A DNA stretch of 24,000 nt from Ruania halotolerans (GTDB lineage: Bacteria; Actinomycetota; Actinomycetes; Actinomycetales; Beutenbergiaceae). Under the pieces are notes generated by a model. It did not search any database and was not told where the DNA came from. It was given only the letters and a program-made list of their open reading frames with translations. A program made the position numbers and the translations under genes. The DNA lies in assembly GCF_021049285.1 (NCBI RefSeq), contig NZ_CP088017.1, forward strand, positions 1,289,380 to 1,313,379, given 5' to 3'. This document shows positions 7,014-16,152 of this stretch, in pieces (position 1 is the first letter of the stretch; every line of letters starts with the position of its first letter).

Positions 7014-8803
7014 CCGAGCCGGTGATGCCCTCCGGCGCCGGCGCTCCGGGCACGAGCGACCGTGCCGGAGCCGAAGGCCCCGGCGGACCATCCCGGCCTT
7101 CCGGTGCCGCCCGGATCCGCCTGCACCGGATGCGCCGCTGGATCCGCAGCCGGGCACGTTTCGGGATGCGCGCCTGGCGGCGCTCACTGCGCCTCCGGGT
7201 GGCCCTGTCCACTGTGGTGGTGGGAACGCTGGCGCTCGCGCTGCTGGCGGCATTGCTCTCGGACCAGGTACGCGACGGGCTGTTCGAAGAGCGCCGCGAC
7301 CAGGTGCTCTCCGACGCCGCCGGACGTGCCGAGCAGGTTCAGGACCAGTTCGACTCGGCCACTGTGGGCACCGCTCAAGACGCTCAGCGGCTCGCCGATT
7401 CCGCGGTGGGATTTCTCCAGCAGACCGCCGTGGACATCGAGGGCGTGCTGCTACTCCCCTCACCGGACCCGGATTCGCCGGTGCTCATCTTCGCTCCGGT
7501 CACGGACCAGTCGCTGCGCTCGGTGATCGAGGATGACCTACGCGAGCGCGTCCGCGAGGAGCAGTTCCAGCAGTGGCAGTCCGTCGCGCTGCCAGCCGTG
7601 AACGGGACGAGCGAGCCCGGGATCGTGGTCGGTGCGCCGGTGACGATCCCGGTGGCAGGCGCCTACGAGCTGTACGTGGTGTACTCCCTGGCGCCGGAAC
7701 AGGCGAACCTGGAACTGCTGCAACGAGTGCTCGCCGTCGGGGCGATCACCCTCGTGGTTCTCCTCCTGGGGATGACCTGGTACCTCACCCGCCAGGTGCT
7801 GGACCCGGTGCGGCAGGCGGCACGCACGGCCGAGCGCCTCGCCGACGGCCGACTCACCGAGCGAATGGAGGTCCGTGGCCACGATGAGCTCGCGCGGCTC
7901 GGCGCCTCGTTCAACGAGATGGCCGCCAGCCTGCAGGATCAGATCGAACGCCTCGCCGCACTCTCGCGCATGCAGCAACGTTTCGTCTCCGACGTCTCCC
8001 ACGAGCTACGCACCCCGTTGAGCACAGTGCGGATGGCCGCCGAGGTGCTCTATCAGGCCCGCGCGCAGTTCCCGCCCACCCAGGCTCGCTCGGCAGAACT
8101 GCTGCAGAACCAGCTCGACCGATTTGAGAACCTGCTGGTGGACCTGCTGGAGATCTCCCGGTTCGATGCCGGCGCTGCGGTCCTCGACGTGGAGCAACTG
8201 GACGTGCGGGACGTGGTGGAGCGGGTGGTCTCGATCACCGATCCTATTGCCGCTGAGCGTGGTTGCACGCTCACGCTCGATCTGCCGAGCAGGCCATGCA
8301 CAGCGGATATGGACGCTCGGCGGGTGGAGCGGGTGCTGCGCAATCTGCTCGTCAATGCGATCGAACACGGTGAGGGCCGCCCGATCGAGGTGCGGGTGGG
8401 AATGCACGAAAGGGCCGTCTCGATCCTGGTGCGAGACCATGGCATCGGTATGACCGCACCCGAGGCAGAGCGCGTATTCGACCGATTCTGGCGAGCGGAC
8501 CCCGCGCGAACTCGCACCCTGGGCGGCACCGGGCTCGGGTTGGCAATCGCGTTGGAGGACGCTCGCCTGCACGGCGGAGGGCTGGACGCGTGGGGCAGCC
8601 CAGGAGAGGGAGCGGCCTTCCGGCTGACCCTCCCGCGGCGTGCCGGTATGGAGATCGGACGACCACCGCTCGAACTGCAGCCGATCCGCATTGAACGAGA
8701 GCCGGTGCACACCCTCGATCCGGCGGGGCCGGCGGCGCTGCCTGAACTCGCCACCCCACCGGCTGGGCAGCCGATGGTGCCCGACGAGGAGGGCGAGCGA
8801 TGA
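7010..8803 (+). CDS. mtrB: sensor histidine kinase MtrB
   Basis: Two TM segments, a HAMP region, an H-box FVSDVSHELRTPL, an N-box LLVNAIEHG and a G-box GGTGLGLAIA. The GTG at 7010 overlaps the mtrA stop as GTGA. ATG at 7025 is an alternative start. Confidence 0.93.
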   Translation: MTEPVMPSGAGAPGTSDRAGAEGPGGPSRPSGAARIRLHRMRRWIRSRARFGMRAWRRSLRLRVALSTVVVGTLALALLAALLSDQVRDGLFEERRDQVLSDAAGRAEQVQDQFDSATVGTAQDAQRLADSAVGFLQQTAVDIEGVLLLPSPDPDSPVLIFAPVTDQSLRSVIEDDLRERVREEQFQQWQSVALPAVNGTSEPGIVVGAPVTIPVAGAYELYVVYSLAPEQANLELLQRVLAVGAITLVVLLLGMTWYLTRQVLDPVRQAARTAERLADGRLTERMEVRGHDELARLGASFNEMAASLQDQIERLAALSRMQQRFVSDVSHELRTPLSTVRMAAEVLYQARAQFPPTQARSAELLQNQLDRFENLLVDLLEISRFDAGAAVLDVEQLDVRDVVERVVSITDPIAAERGCTLTLDLPSRPCTADMDARRVERVLRNLLVNAIEHGEGRPIEVRVGMHERAVSILVRDHGIGMTAPEAERVFDRFWRADPARTRTLGGTGLGLAIALEDARLHGGGLDAWGSPGEGAAFRLTLPRRAGMEIGRPPLELQPIRIEREPVHTLDPAGPAALPELATPPAGQPMVPDEEGER

Positions 8804-10479
8804 CACGATGGAGCCGCACCGCATGGGCCACCGTAGTGAGCGCCGCGGTGCTCGCCGGATGCGCGAGCCTGCCTACCTCTGGGCCTGTGCAACCCGGAGT
8901 GGAGGCCGATCCGGATCAGGGTGTTGGCTACGTGGTGGGAGAGGACCCCACCCCCGGCGACCCCCCGGACTCCATCGTGCGGGGCTTTCAGTCCGCCGCG
9001 GTGGTGGGTACCACCGACGACTTCGTCCAAGCCCGGAAGTTCCTCACCGCGTCCACCGCTGGAACCTGGGCCTCCGCGGACCAGGTGATCGTCTACGACG
9101 CATCGGTCCAGCTCCGGTACGCCGAACCCACCGAAGGGGTGGTGGAGGTGACGGCCGCCGTCGCGGCCACCGTGAACGCCGTCGGGGTGTACACCCAAGC
9201 GGCGCCCGGATCGACCACCACCCTCACCTACGAACTGGAGCAAGAGGACGGTGAATGGCGAATCGAGTCGCTGCCGGAAGGGGTGCTGATCTCAGAGGTC
9301 AACTTCAGCACTCTCTATCGGCAGACGCCGCTTTACTATCTCTCCTCAGATGCATCGGCGCTGGTGCCGGATCCGCGATGGTTCCCTCAGCGCAATGCCG
9401 CGACGTACGCCATCCGCGGACTGCTCGCCGGGGTGGCGGAATGGATGAGCCCGGCAGTGGTCTCGGCGATCCCGGCCGGGACGGGCTTGACGATCGACTC
9501 GGTCACCGTCTCCGGTGGCGTCGCCTCCGTTCCCTTGACCAGGGAGGCACAATCAGCCTCCGCCGCCGATCGGGCACTCTTGCTCGCGCAGATCACCGAA
9601 ACCCTGGTGCGCCTTCCCCAGGTTCAGAGCGTCTCAGTAACAGTCGACGGCGTGCCGCTGGAGCAGCCGCAGGAACGGCCTGAGCTCACGGTGGACCCGT
9701 TGGTAGGCCGCTCACCGATGATGATCAGCGCGGACGAGGAACTCGTCTCCTTCAACGGTGCTCAACTCACGCCGGTGCCCGATGTGGCACCGCTGGTGGG
9801 ATTGGACGCCGCACATGTGGCGCTGCCCTATGACGACGCCCCGCCGGTGGTCCTGTCCGGGACGAATCAGCTGGTGGCGCTGCCGAGTTCCGCCGAGCCG
9901 GAGCCGCTGCATACCGGGCCGGACCTCCTCCCACCCTCGTATGGCCCGGACGGGTGGGTCTGGACCGGCGCGCAGGAGAACGACGGCGAGCTGATGGTGG
10001 TGCGCCCGAGCGAGCAGCAGACGAGGGCGACCGTGGCCGCAGAGGCCTTGGCAGGCCTGCAGGTGCGGGTGATCCGGGTGAGCCGCGACGGTACGCGCCT
10101 GGCCACGGTGGTTCAGGATGGTGACACCACGCGGGCCCTGGTGTTCTCGGTGGTGACCGGGACCGGAGGTGTGCCGACGGCACTCGGCGAGTCGCTCACG
10201 ATTGCCCGGGGGATCGAAGACGTTACTGACCTGGTCTGGCTGGACGGCTCCACACTTGCCGTCCTCGGCACCACGCAGCAGACCGAGCGCGTCCATCTGG
10301 TGCCACTCGGTGGTCCGATCACGCGATTGCCGAGCGTGCCGGGCACGCGCGAGGTGGCGGCAGGCAATGGCGAGCGCGAACTGTTCCTGACCACGGATGA
10401 GGGCGTGCTGTACGGCCGATCCGGGAATGGCTGGGCCGAACTGGCCAGCGGAGTGCAGTATCCGGCCTTCGCTGGCTGA
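8800..10479 (+). CDS. lpqB: lipoprotein LpqB (MtrAB accessory lipoprotein)
   Basis: ATGA overlap with the mtrB stop. Signal peptide with lipobox VLAGC. 559 aa. The position directly after mtrAB is the canonical actinobacterial arrangement. SD GAGGAGG lies 6 nt upstream. Confidence 0.9.
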   Translation: MTRWSRTAWATVVSAAVLAGCASLPTSGPVQPGVEADPDQGVGYVVGEDPTPGDPPDSIVRGFQSAAVVGTTDDFVQARKFLTASTAGTWASADQVIVYDASVQLRYAEPTEGVVEVTAAVAATVNAVGVYTQAAPGSTTTLTYELEQEDGEWRIESLPEGVLISEVNFSTLYRQTPLYYLSSDASALVPDPRWFPQRNAATYAIRGLLAGVAEWMSPAVVSAIPAGTGLTIDSVTVSGGVASVPLTREAQSASAADRALLLAQITETLVRLPQVQSVSVTVDGVPLEQPQERPELTVDPLVGRSPMMISADEELVSFNGAQLTPVPDVAPLVGLDAAHVALPYDDAPPVVLSGTNQLVALPSSAEPEPLHTGPDLLPPSYGPDGWVWTGAQENDGELMVVRPSEQQTRATVAAEALAGLQVRVIRVSRDGTRLATVVQDGDTTRALVFSVVTGTGGVPTALGESLTIARGIEDVTDLVWLDGSTLAVLGTTQQTERVHLVPLGGPITRLPSVPGTREVAAGNGERELFLTTDEGVLYGRSGNGWAELASGVQYPAFAG

Positions 10480-10541
10480 CACCGGTATCCACAGATCCTC
10501 GTGCGGCCCGGCGCTGCTGCGGGCGGGCGGGCCATGCTGAG

Positions 10542-11351
10542 GTGATGGACCCTGATGATCGGCGCCGGAGCGGCCCTACCTGGCGGGTGGAACCGTTCAC
10601 GGCCGTCACCGACCTGCTCGCACTGGTGCTCCCGCGCCGGTGCGCCGGGTGTGATCACCCGGATGTGACGCTGTGCCCGAGCTGCCGAAGAGTACTGGCC
10701 ACTCCTGCGCAGCGCTGTGAGGAGGACACGGTATTCCTGGCAGCAGATGACTATCTGCCCGCGCTGGGCCTGCCCACCTGGTCGCTCGCGGCCTACACCG
10801 GTGCGGTGCGCCGGGTCGTTCTTGCCTGGAAGGCGGGGCAGCGCCCGGATCTGGATGCGGAGCTGACCGCTCTCGCGCGTGGTGGCGTCAGAGGTCTGGC
10901 CGCGGAGATCGTTCCAGCCCGCAACGACCGGACCGATTCCGCCGACCACGCCGAACCTGCCCTCGTGGTGGTCCCGGCTCCCTCCGGATGGCGGCGCCGT
11001 CTGCGGCGCCGACTCGTTGCCCTGACGCTCGCTGACGCAGTGGCCCAGGAGCTCGCGGCAGAGTCCGGGCGGGCCGTGTGGGTGGCCGATCTGCTCCGAC
11101 GGCGAGGCAGGTCCGGACATGCGTTGGGGGCCCGCGCGCGACGCCAGGCGGGCCGGACCGCGATCCGGGCTCTCGGTCCGGTCCCGGCTGGCACCGTGTG
11201 CCTCCTCGTCGACGACGTGGTCACCTCGGGAGCGACTCTCGACGCCGCCCGATCAGCCCTCGAACAGGCCGGCGCACGGGTGGTGGGCGCGGTGGTGCTC
11301 GCCGCCACCCCGCCCGCGCCGGCGACCGGTTCGGCGGTTCGCCTGTCGTAA
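10542..11351 (+). CDS. ComF-family protein (ComFC-like phosphoribosyltransferase-fold protein)
   Basis: N-terminal zinc-finger-like CAGCDHPDVTLCPSC and a C-terminal PRT motif VCLLVDDVVTSGATLDAA. The start is uncertain: GTG 10542, ATG 10545, or GTG near 10587. Confidence 0.85.
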   Translation: MMDPDDRRRSGPTWRVEPFTAVTDLLALVLPRRCAGCDHPDVTLCPSCRRVLATPAQRCEEDTVFLAADDYLPALGLPTWSLAAYTGAVRRVVLAWKAGQRPDLDAELTALARGGVRGLAAEIVPARNDRTDSADHAEPALVVVPAPSGWRRRLRRRLVALTLADAVAQELAAESGRAVWVADLLRRRGRSGHALGARARRQAGRTAIRALGPVPAGTVCLLVDDVVTSGATLDAARSALEQAGARVVGAVVLAATPPAPATGSAVRLS

Positions 11352-11542
11352 CGGCCGACAGTGGACTAGCGTCATGTCATGGAACTTCACCCCGGCCAGC
11401 GCCACCGAGAGAATCGGTGCCGAGCCGGGTTCAGGGGAGGTGATACTGCCTCGTAGCATGCCGCGCCGAGCAGGCGTGGCCATCCCGTCCCTCGGAGCCG
11501 TTGTGGCCTCGGGGAACACCTGAATGACCTGTGGAGGTCCCC

Positions 11543-12205
11543 ATGGAGATTGTCGTGGTCAGCCGTCACACCGAGGTGTCGGAGCGATTCCGACGCCACG
11601 TCGAGGAGAAGCTGGGCAAGGTCCCGCAGTTCTCTCCCTACGCTCAGCGCGTCGACGTCGAGGTGTCCCACGAGAACAACCCGCGTCTGGCAGAGAAGTC
11701 AGAGCGAGTCGAACTCACGGTGCGGGCCAAGGGCCCGGTGGTGCGAGCGGAGGCAGCTGCCTCGGACCGGTACGGTGCGCTCGACCTGGCCACAGCCAAG
11801 CTCCTTGAACGCCTACGCCGCGCGCGCGATCGGCGAAAAGACCACCACCACAGTCGTAAGGCTGCCCCACCCCCGGTCGTGCCCGATCTCGAACCGGTGG
11901 AGAGCGAGGTCGACACCCAGGACGACGGTTTCACACCTCAGGCCCCGAGTGAGCCCGGGGTGGCGGTCGAGGCTCAACTGGGCGATTCACCTGTGGTGAT
12001 CCGCCAGAAGGTGCACGAGACGGCGCCCATGACGGTGGACCAGGCGCTCGCGGAGATGGAACTCGTGGGCCACCCGTTCTTCCTGTTCATCGATTCGGAG
12101 ACGATGCAGCCGTGTGCCGTCTATAACCGGCGAGGCTGGACCTACGGTGTGATCCGGTTGAACTATGAGGCCACCGAAGTGGCCCACGCGGAGGCGACGG
12201 CCTGA
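11543..12205 (+). CDS. hpf: ribosome hibernation-promoting factor, long form
   Basis: MEIVVVSRHTEVSERFRRHVEEKLGKV (sigma-54 modulation / S30EA N-domain), a charged linker, and the C-terminal dimerisation domain PVVIRQKVHETAPMTVDQALAEMELVGHPFFLFIDSET. GGAGG lies 5 nt upstream of ATG 11543. Confidence 0.93.
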   Translation: MEIVVVSRHTEVSERFRRHVEEKLGKVPQFSPYAQRVDVEVSHENNPRLAEKSERVELTVRAKGPVVRAEAAASDRYGALDLATAKLLERLRRARDRRKDHHHSRKAAPPPVVPDLEPVESEVDTQDDGFTPQAPSEPGVAVEAQLGDSPVVIRQKVHETAPMTVDQALAEMELVGHPFFLFIDSETMQPCAVYNRRGWTYGVIRLNYEATEVAHAEATA

Positions 12206-12230
12206 CGCTCCACCCCTGACGCGTTTCAGC

Positions 12231-12270
12231 GGCGCCGGTCGATCGTGAGGGTCGACCGGCGCCGTTGTCT
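12231..12270 (+). terminator. intrinsic terminator-like hairpin after hpf
   Basis: 12-bp perfect stem GGCGCCGGTCGA / TCGACCGGCGCC (12231..12242 and 12252..12263) with a 9-nt loop, followed by GTTGTCT. It lies 26 nt after the hpf stop. Confidence 0.6.
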
Positions 12271-12338
12271 GCCGGAGCGCGTTGCGCGCGTAGTCGGCCG
12301 ACAGGCTGATCGTCCTCGTCACCGCCGGGGGGAGATGG

Positions 12339-13595
12339 ATGTCGGTGCAATCTCCTACTGTGAGGCGCATGCCCCGCACCTTCACCCTCGGCCAGGCGCG
12401 CCGTATTGCCGTGGCCGCGCAGCTGCTCGACCGATCCACGCCCCGGCCGCAACGGCCGACCATGGCGCATCTGCAGCGCACCATCGACCGGTTGGGAGTG
12501 GTGCAGATCGACTCGGTGAACGTGCTCGCGCGTGCCCATCTGTTGCCGCTGCAGGCGCGCCTGGGCAGCTATGACCCCGCCCTGCTGGACCGGGCGACGC
12601 GGGGGACGCCGGCTCGCCCCCGGCGGTTGGTGGAGTACTGGGCACATGAGGCCTCCTACATCTCGCCCGAGACCTACCAGGCGCTGCGGTGGCGGATGGA
12701 CTCGCCACGGATGAGACGCCTGGACGAGCGCCTGTGGCGAGAGCACCCGGAGACGATGGACGCGGTCTTGGAGATCATCGCCTCCCACGGCCCGCTCACT
12801 GCCGCGCAGGTGCACGAGCGGCTCGGCCACCGCAGCGGCCCGCGGGTGGCGTGGGGGTGGAACTGGACTATCGCGAAGGAATCGCTTGAATCGCATTTCG
12901 CTCGCGGCCGGGTGATGAGTGCCCACCGCACTGCGCAGTTCGAACGCGCCTATGATCTGCCCGAACGGGTGTTACCACGATCGGTGCTTAGCGAAGTACC
13001 CGACCGAACGACGGCGATCCGCCAGCTGGTCTCGCTGGCTGCCCGGGCGCACGGGATCGGAACGGCACGATGCCTCGCCGACTATTTCCGCGTACCGGTG
13101 GCGCAGGCGCAGGAAGCGATCGCCCATTTGACGGCCGCCGGGGAGTTGGAGGAGGTCACGGTGCGCGGCTGGGATCGTGCGCTGGTGCTGCACACCGGTG
13201 CACGCCGCCCCCGGTCCACCCGGGCGCGGGCGCTGCTTGCCCCGTTCGACCCGCTGGTGTTCGAGCGTCGACGTCTCCTCGAACTCTTCGGAATGCATTA
13301 CCGCATCGGCATCTACACCCCGGCTGCGCAACGTACCTACGGCTACTACGTGCTCCCGTTTCTCCTCGGTCAGGATCTCGTGGCCCGCACGGATGTGAAA
13401 GCAGACCGTCGCGCGAGCGCATTGGTCGTGCGGACGGCGTTCTCCGAACCCGACGCCCCTGCCGAGACCGCGCGCGAGCTGGCCGCCGAGCTGCGCGAGC
13501 TGGCCGAGTGGCTCGATCTGACCGATGTGCGCCCTGCCAACGACATCCGGGGCGACCTTGCCGGCGCGCTCACGCGGGAACTCGCCGCTGACTGA
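12339..13595 (+). CDS. YcaQ/AlkZ-like winged-helix DNA glycosylase family protein (DUF1006)
   Basis: 418 aa. N-terminal LGQARRIAVAAQLL, and a C-terminal RIGIYTPAAQRTYGYYVLPFLLGQDLVARTDVKADRR characteristic of the YcaQ family. A G-rich SD lies 4 nt upstream of the ATG. Confidence 0.8.
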   Translation: MSVQSPTVRRMPRTFTLGQARRIAVAAQLLDRSTPRPQRPTMAHLQRTIDRLGVVQIDSVNVLARAHLLPLQARLGSYDPALLDRATRGTPARPRRLVEYWAHEASYISPETYQALRWRMDSPRMRRLDERLWREHPETMDAVLEIIASHGPLTAAQVHERLGHRSGPRVAWGWNWTIAKESLESHFARGRVMSAHRTAQFERAYDLPERVLPRSVLSEVPDRTTAIRQLVSLAARAHGIGTARCLADYFRVPVAQAQEAIAHLTAAGELEEVTVRGWDRALVLHTGARRPRSTRARALLAPFDPLVFERRRLLELFGMHYRIGIYTPAAQRTYGYYVLPFLLGQDLVARTDVKADRRASALVVRTAFSEPDAPAETARELAAELRELAEWLDLTDVRPANDIRGDLAGALTRELAAD

Positions 13596-13673
13596 CGCAC
13601 CCGCTCAAGCCTCGCCAGGCCGCAGTACGTGAGAACGTGGTCGGCCTGTGCGAGACCCTCAGCTGCGAGATCT

Positions 13674-13703
13674 TTGACAGTCCTGCGCCCAGTCAGCTAA
13701 TTT
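13674..13703 (+). promoter_or_regulatory. sigma-70-type promoter for the beta-propeller gene
   Basis: Perfect -35 TTGACA (13674..13679), an 18-nt spacer, and -10 TAATTT (13698..13703, fits TANNNT). It sits in a locally AT-rich patch 78 nt upstream of the ATG. Confidence 0.55.
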
Positions 13704-13715
13704 CGGTCCCGACCG
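13704..13715 (+). promoter_or_regulatory. candidate operator CGGTCCCGACCG (dyad CGGTC-N2-GACCG), copy 1
   Basis: It immediately follows the predicted -10 and so covers the expected transcription start. It has A/T-rich flanks (AATTT...GAAAA). An identical 12-mer occurs on the opposite strand at 20863..20874. Confidence 0.5.
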
Positions 13716-13780
13716 GAAAAGGTGCTTAGGGCCCGCTGCGGTCGCACGACACCCAGTCGATGATGACGAAGGAGTGCACG

Positions 13781-16069
13781 ATGAGAACACGACGATCCGC
13801 TGCGATCGCATGGGCGGCAGGAGCTGCCTTGGTACTGGGGGCCGCCGTCGGTGCACCGGCTTCGGCGAGCACGAGCCCGCCCTTGCCGGCCACCACTGAG
13901 GTGGCATCCTCGGCCACGGACCCCGTCACCGACCTCGGCGAGGCGGTGCGCAAGTCCCAGGTCCTCGCCTCGGCTACCGGCACTGCGCCTGACGGTGTTC
14001 CCTACGGCTACTACGTGGTCTCCGGCAACCAGAACGTCACGGCCGAATTCGCCGTCGTCGACCTGCGCACGGAGGAGACGGTGTTGCGCACGCGGATCCC
14101 TTACGGTGCCAGTAGTCAGCGCGCCCTGGCGATCTCGCCAGTGGACGGCACCGTGTATTTCGGAACCTCCGATGTGGGTCACATCTACCGCTATGTGCCG
14201 GGCGCGGACGATGTGGAGCATCTGGCTGAACTGCCCGATGGAGTGCGAGCGTGGGGCATGGCGGTCGACGCGGAGGGGACGCCGTGGTTCGGTGCCTATC
14301 CGACCGGGGCGCTGTACTCCCTCGACCCAGCCTCCGGTGTGGTCACCGATCACGGCCAGGCGATCGCGGGGGAGCAGTACGTCGTCGCCATCGCCCCAGT
14401 TGCGGACACGGTCTACGTCGGTACCGGAGCGAATGCCAAGCTCGCCGCGTTCGACCGGGCCTCGGGGGACTTCACCGAGATCGCGATGCCCGCCGGGCAC
14501 AGCGGAACGAACATCACTGCACTCGATGTGCGCGATGACCTGATGTTCGTCAGCACCACCAGCATGCATGTGCGCGACCTCGTGACCGGTGAGTGGGTCG
14601 ACGAGATCAGTGGAGCGAATGCCCGCGTCTCACCCATCTCTCCCACCGATCCGGACGCGGTCTACCTGCGCCAGGGGAGCGAGGTGAAGCGGTACGACCT
14701 CCGCACCGGTGCGATCACCGGAACGGGCAAGGCACCGAACGCCACTCCCGAATCATGGAGCTGGATCGAGCGTGACGATTCTGGTTACTTCCTCACCCTG
14801 ACCTACTGGAATCAGGGGCGTACCTATGGCTGGAACCTGGATGCCGGCGGGAGCTTCTACCTCGTTCCGGACGTGCAGGGCGCAGGGGCGCCGCTGATCA
14901 GCCTCGGCACCGGCCCCCTCGGCAACATCTACGCCGGTGCGTTCCTCAGCCCACCCGGATCGGGCAGGTACGACCCTGATGGAGAGGGCATTGAACTGTT
15001 GAACGGCACCAGCCAGGTGGAAGGGTGGGGCACCTTCGACGGCAACGTCGTCTTCGGCCGCTACCCGCAGGGTTCGGTCTACCTCTACGATCCGGAACAG
15101 CCCTGGAACTACGGGAGCAATCCCGACACGCCGCCGCTGGAGCTCGGCAACGGGGTGAGCCGACCGCAGTCGTTGATCGAGCTGACCGCCGTACCCGACA
15201 CCGTGGCTGTCGCCTCCGTTCCGAAGCCAGGTGAGCACGGTGGGGCGATCACCCTGTGGCAGCCGTACGCCGGAACACACACGGTCTACCGCAATGTGGT
15301 GCCAGATCAGACGCCGGTTGGCTTCGTCCAGAATGACGGCCTGCTGCTCGGTGGCACGTCCATCGACGGTGGTTACGGAATCGACCCGATCACCGACGAG
15401 GCGGTCCTGTTCGCATGGGATCCGGTGACCACCGAGACACTGTGGACCACGGCTCCCATTCCGGGGGCGCGCACGCTCGCGGGGCTCGCCGTCGACGACG
15501 ACGGGCACCTGTGGGGAGTCGCGGACAGTCGTACCGTGTTCGAGTTCGACCTCGAGACCAAGCAGGTGCTGCGCACGGTCACGATCGACGCGAACGCCTC
15601 CATCGACAGGTTCGGTGACAACGACCGGCTGCTGTTCGACCACGGCCGACTGTTTGGATCCGTGGCGGGCCGGCTCTTCGTGCTGGATCAGGTCACCGAT
15701 GAGGTGACGAGCCTTTACGGTGCAGGCAGCGGTCGCGAGGACTCCACCACCCACGTGCACGAACTCGCCCGCGACCGCTACGGCGATCTGTACGTCATCG
15801 GGGCGAGCACCCGTCTTGTCCGGTATGCCCTGCCCGAGGATGTGACGGCCCCCGAGGTCACGGCACGCCACCGCGGTGCAGCCGTGTGGCTGGAGGCCTC
15901 GGACGGGCACGACGACGCACCACGGATCGATTACCGGATCGACGGAGGCGAGTGGATGAGCGACGACGGCGGCCGTCCGATCGTGGTGCGACCCGGTGCG
16001 CAGTTGGAGTACCGCGCGATCGACGAGGCGTGGAACTCCTCGTCGGTGGAGCATTTCACCGGTGGATGA
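13781..16069 (+). CDS. secreted tandem beta-propeller repeat protein with a C-terminal Ig-like (OmpL47/chitobiase-C-like) domain; function unknown
   Basis: GAAGGAG lies 6 nt upstream of ATG 13781. Signal peptide MRTRRSAAIAWAAGAALVLGAAVGAPASAS, with an RR that could mean Tat export. About 12-14 repeats of the blade pattern, such as DGTVYFGTSDVGHIYRY, EGTPWFGAYPTGALYSLD, DGHLWGVADSRTVFEFD and YGDLYVIGASTRLVRY. The C-terminal tail IDYRIDGGEWMS...LEYRAIDEAWNSS resembles Ig-like accessory domains. Confidence 0.75.
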   Translation: MRTRRSAAIAWAAGAALVLGAAVGAPASASTSPPLPATTEVASSATDPVTDLGEAVRKSQVLASATGTAPDGVPYGYYVVSGNQNVTAEFAVVDLRTEETVLRTRIPYGASSQRALAISPVDGTVYFGTSDVGHIYRYVPGADDVEHLAELPDGVRAWGMAVDAEGTPWFGAYPTGALYSLDPASGVVTDHGQAIAGEQYVVAIAPVADTVYVGTGANAKLAAFDRASGDFTEIAMPAGHSGTNITALDVRDDLMFVSTTSMHVRDLVTGEWVDEISGANARVSPISPTDPDAVYLRQGSEVKRYDLRTGAITGTGKAPNATPESWSWIERDDSGYFLTLTYWNQGRTYGWNLDAGGSFYLVPDVQGAGAPLISLGTGPLGNIYAGAFLSPPGSGRYDPDGEGIELLNGTSQVEGWGTFDGNVVFGRYPQGSVYLYDPEQPWNYGSNPDTPPLELGNGVSRPQSLIELTAVPDTVAVASVPKPGEHGGAITLWQPYAGTHTVYRNVVPDQTPVGFVQNDGLLLGGTSIDGGYGIDPITDEAVLFAWDPVTTETLWTTAPIPGARTLAGLAVDDDGHLWGVADSRTVFEFDLETKQVLRTVTIDANASIDRFGDNDRLLFDHGRLFGSVAGRLFVLDQVTDEVTSLYGAGSGREDSTTHVHELARDRYGDLYVIGASTRLVRYALPEDVTAPEVTARHRGAAVWLEASDGHDDAPRIDYRIDGGEWMSDDGGRPIVVRPGAQLEYRAIDEAWNSSSVEHFTGG

Positions 16070-16120
16070 GATCACCTCAGCGCAGACTCTGAACAGAGAC
16101 TAAAAGCGCGCGCGCAGGTC

Positions 16121-16152
16121 CCGGCAGGGCGGCGGACATCCGTCGCCCTGCC
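16121..16152 (+). terminator. strong GC-rich hairpin after the beta-propeller gene (U-tract-less terminator candidate)
   Basis: CGGCAGGGCGGCGG-ACAT-CCGTCGCCCTGCCG forms a 14-bp stem (one G-U pair) with a 4-nt loop, 52 nt after the stop. No T-run follows, which is common in actinobacteria. Confidence 0.5.

Noticed and set aside
8053-9243. 396-aa and 272-aa minus-strand ORFs spanning the mtrB/lpqB junction
   Set aside because: They are antisense to two confidently identified, translationally coupled genes. They show the low-complexity Arg/Gly/Ser/Pro composition of shadow ORFs.
11352-11542. 190-bp comF-hpf spacer scanned for a tRNA, a riboswitch or a clear promoter (for example TTCAGG-N18-TAGCAT)
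   Set aside because: There is no T-loop or anticodon-arm architecture. The hexamers are weak (3/6 at -35). I cannot support a specific call without start-site data.
12231-12263. The hpf terminator arms contain CGGTC...GACCG, so it was considered as a third operator copy
   Set aside because: The arms are 13 nt apart rather than 2, and they are part of a longer 12-bp stem fully explained as a terminator hairpin. The AT-rich flanks and the TTGACA box are absent.
13697-16075. 290-aa and 440-aa minus-strand ORFs opposite the beta-propeller gene
   Set aside because: The plus-strand frame has an SD, a signal peptide, periodic blade repeats and a recognisable C-terminal domain. The antisense frames are Arg/Gly/His/Asp-rich with no motifs.
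16115-16126. AGGTCCCGGCAG, a 9/12 match to the dyad, upstream of the regulator gene (possible autoregulation site)
   Set aside because: It breaks the dyad symmetry, overlaps the left arm of the strong terminator hairpin, and a 9/12 match is unremarkable in GC-rich DNA. It is worth including in an EMSA panel but is not claimed.
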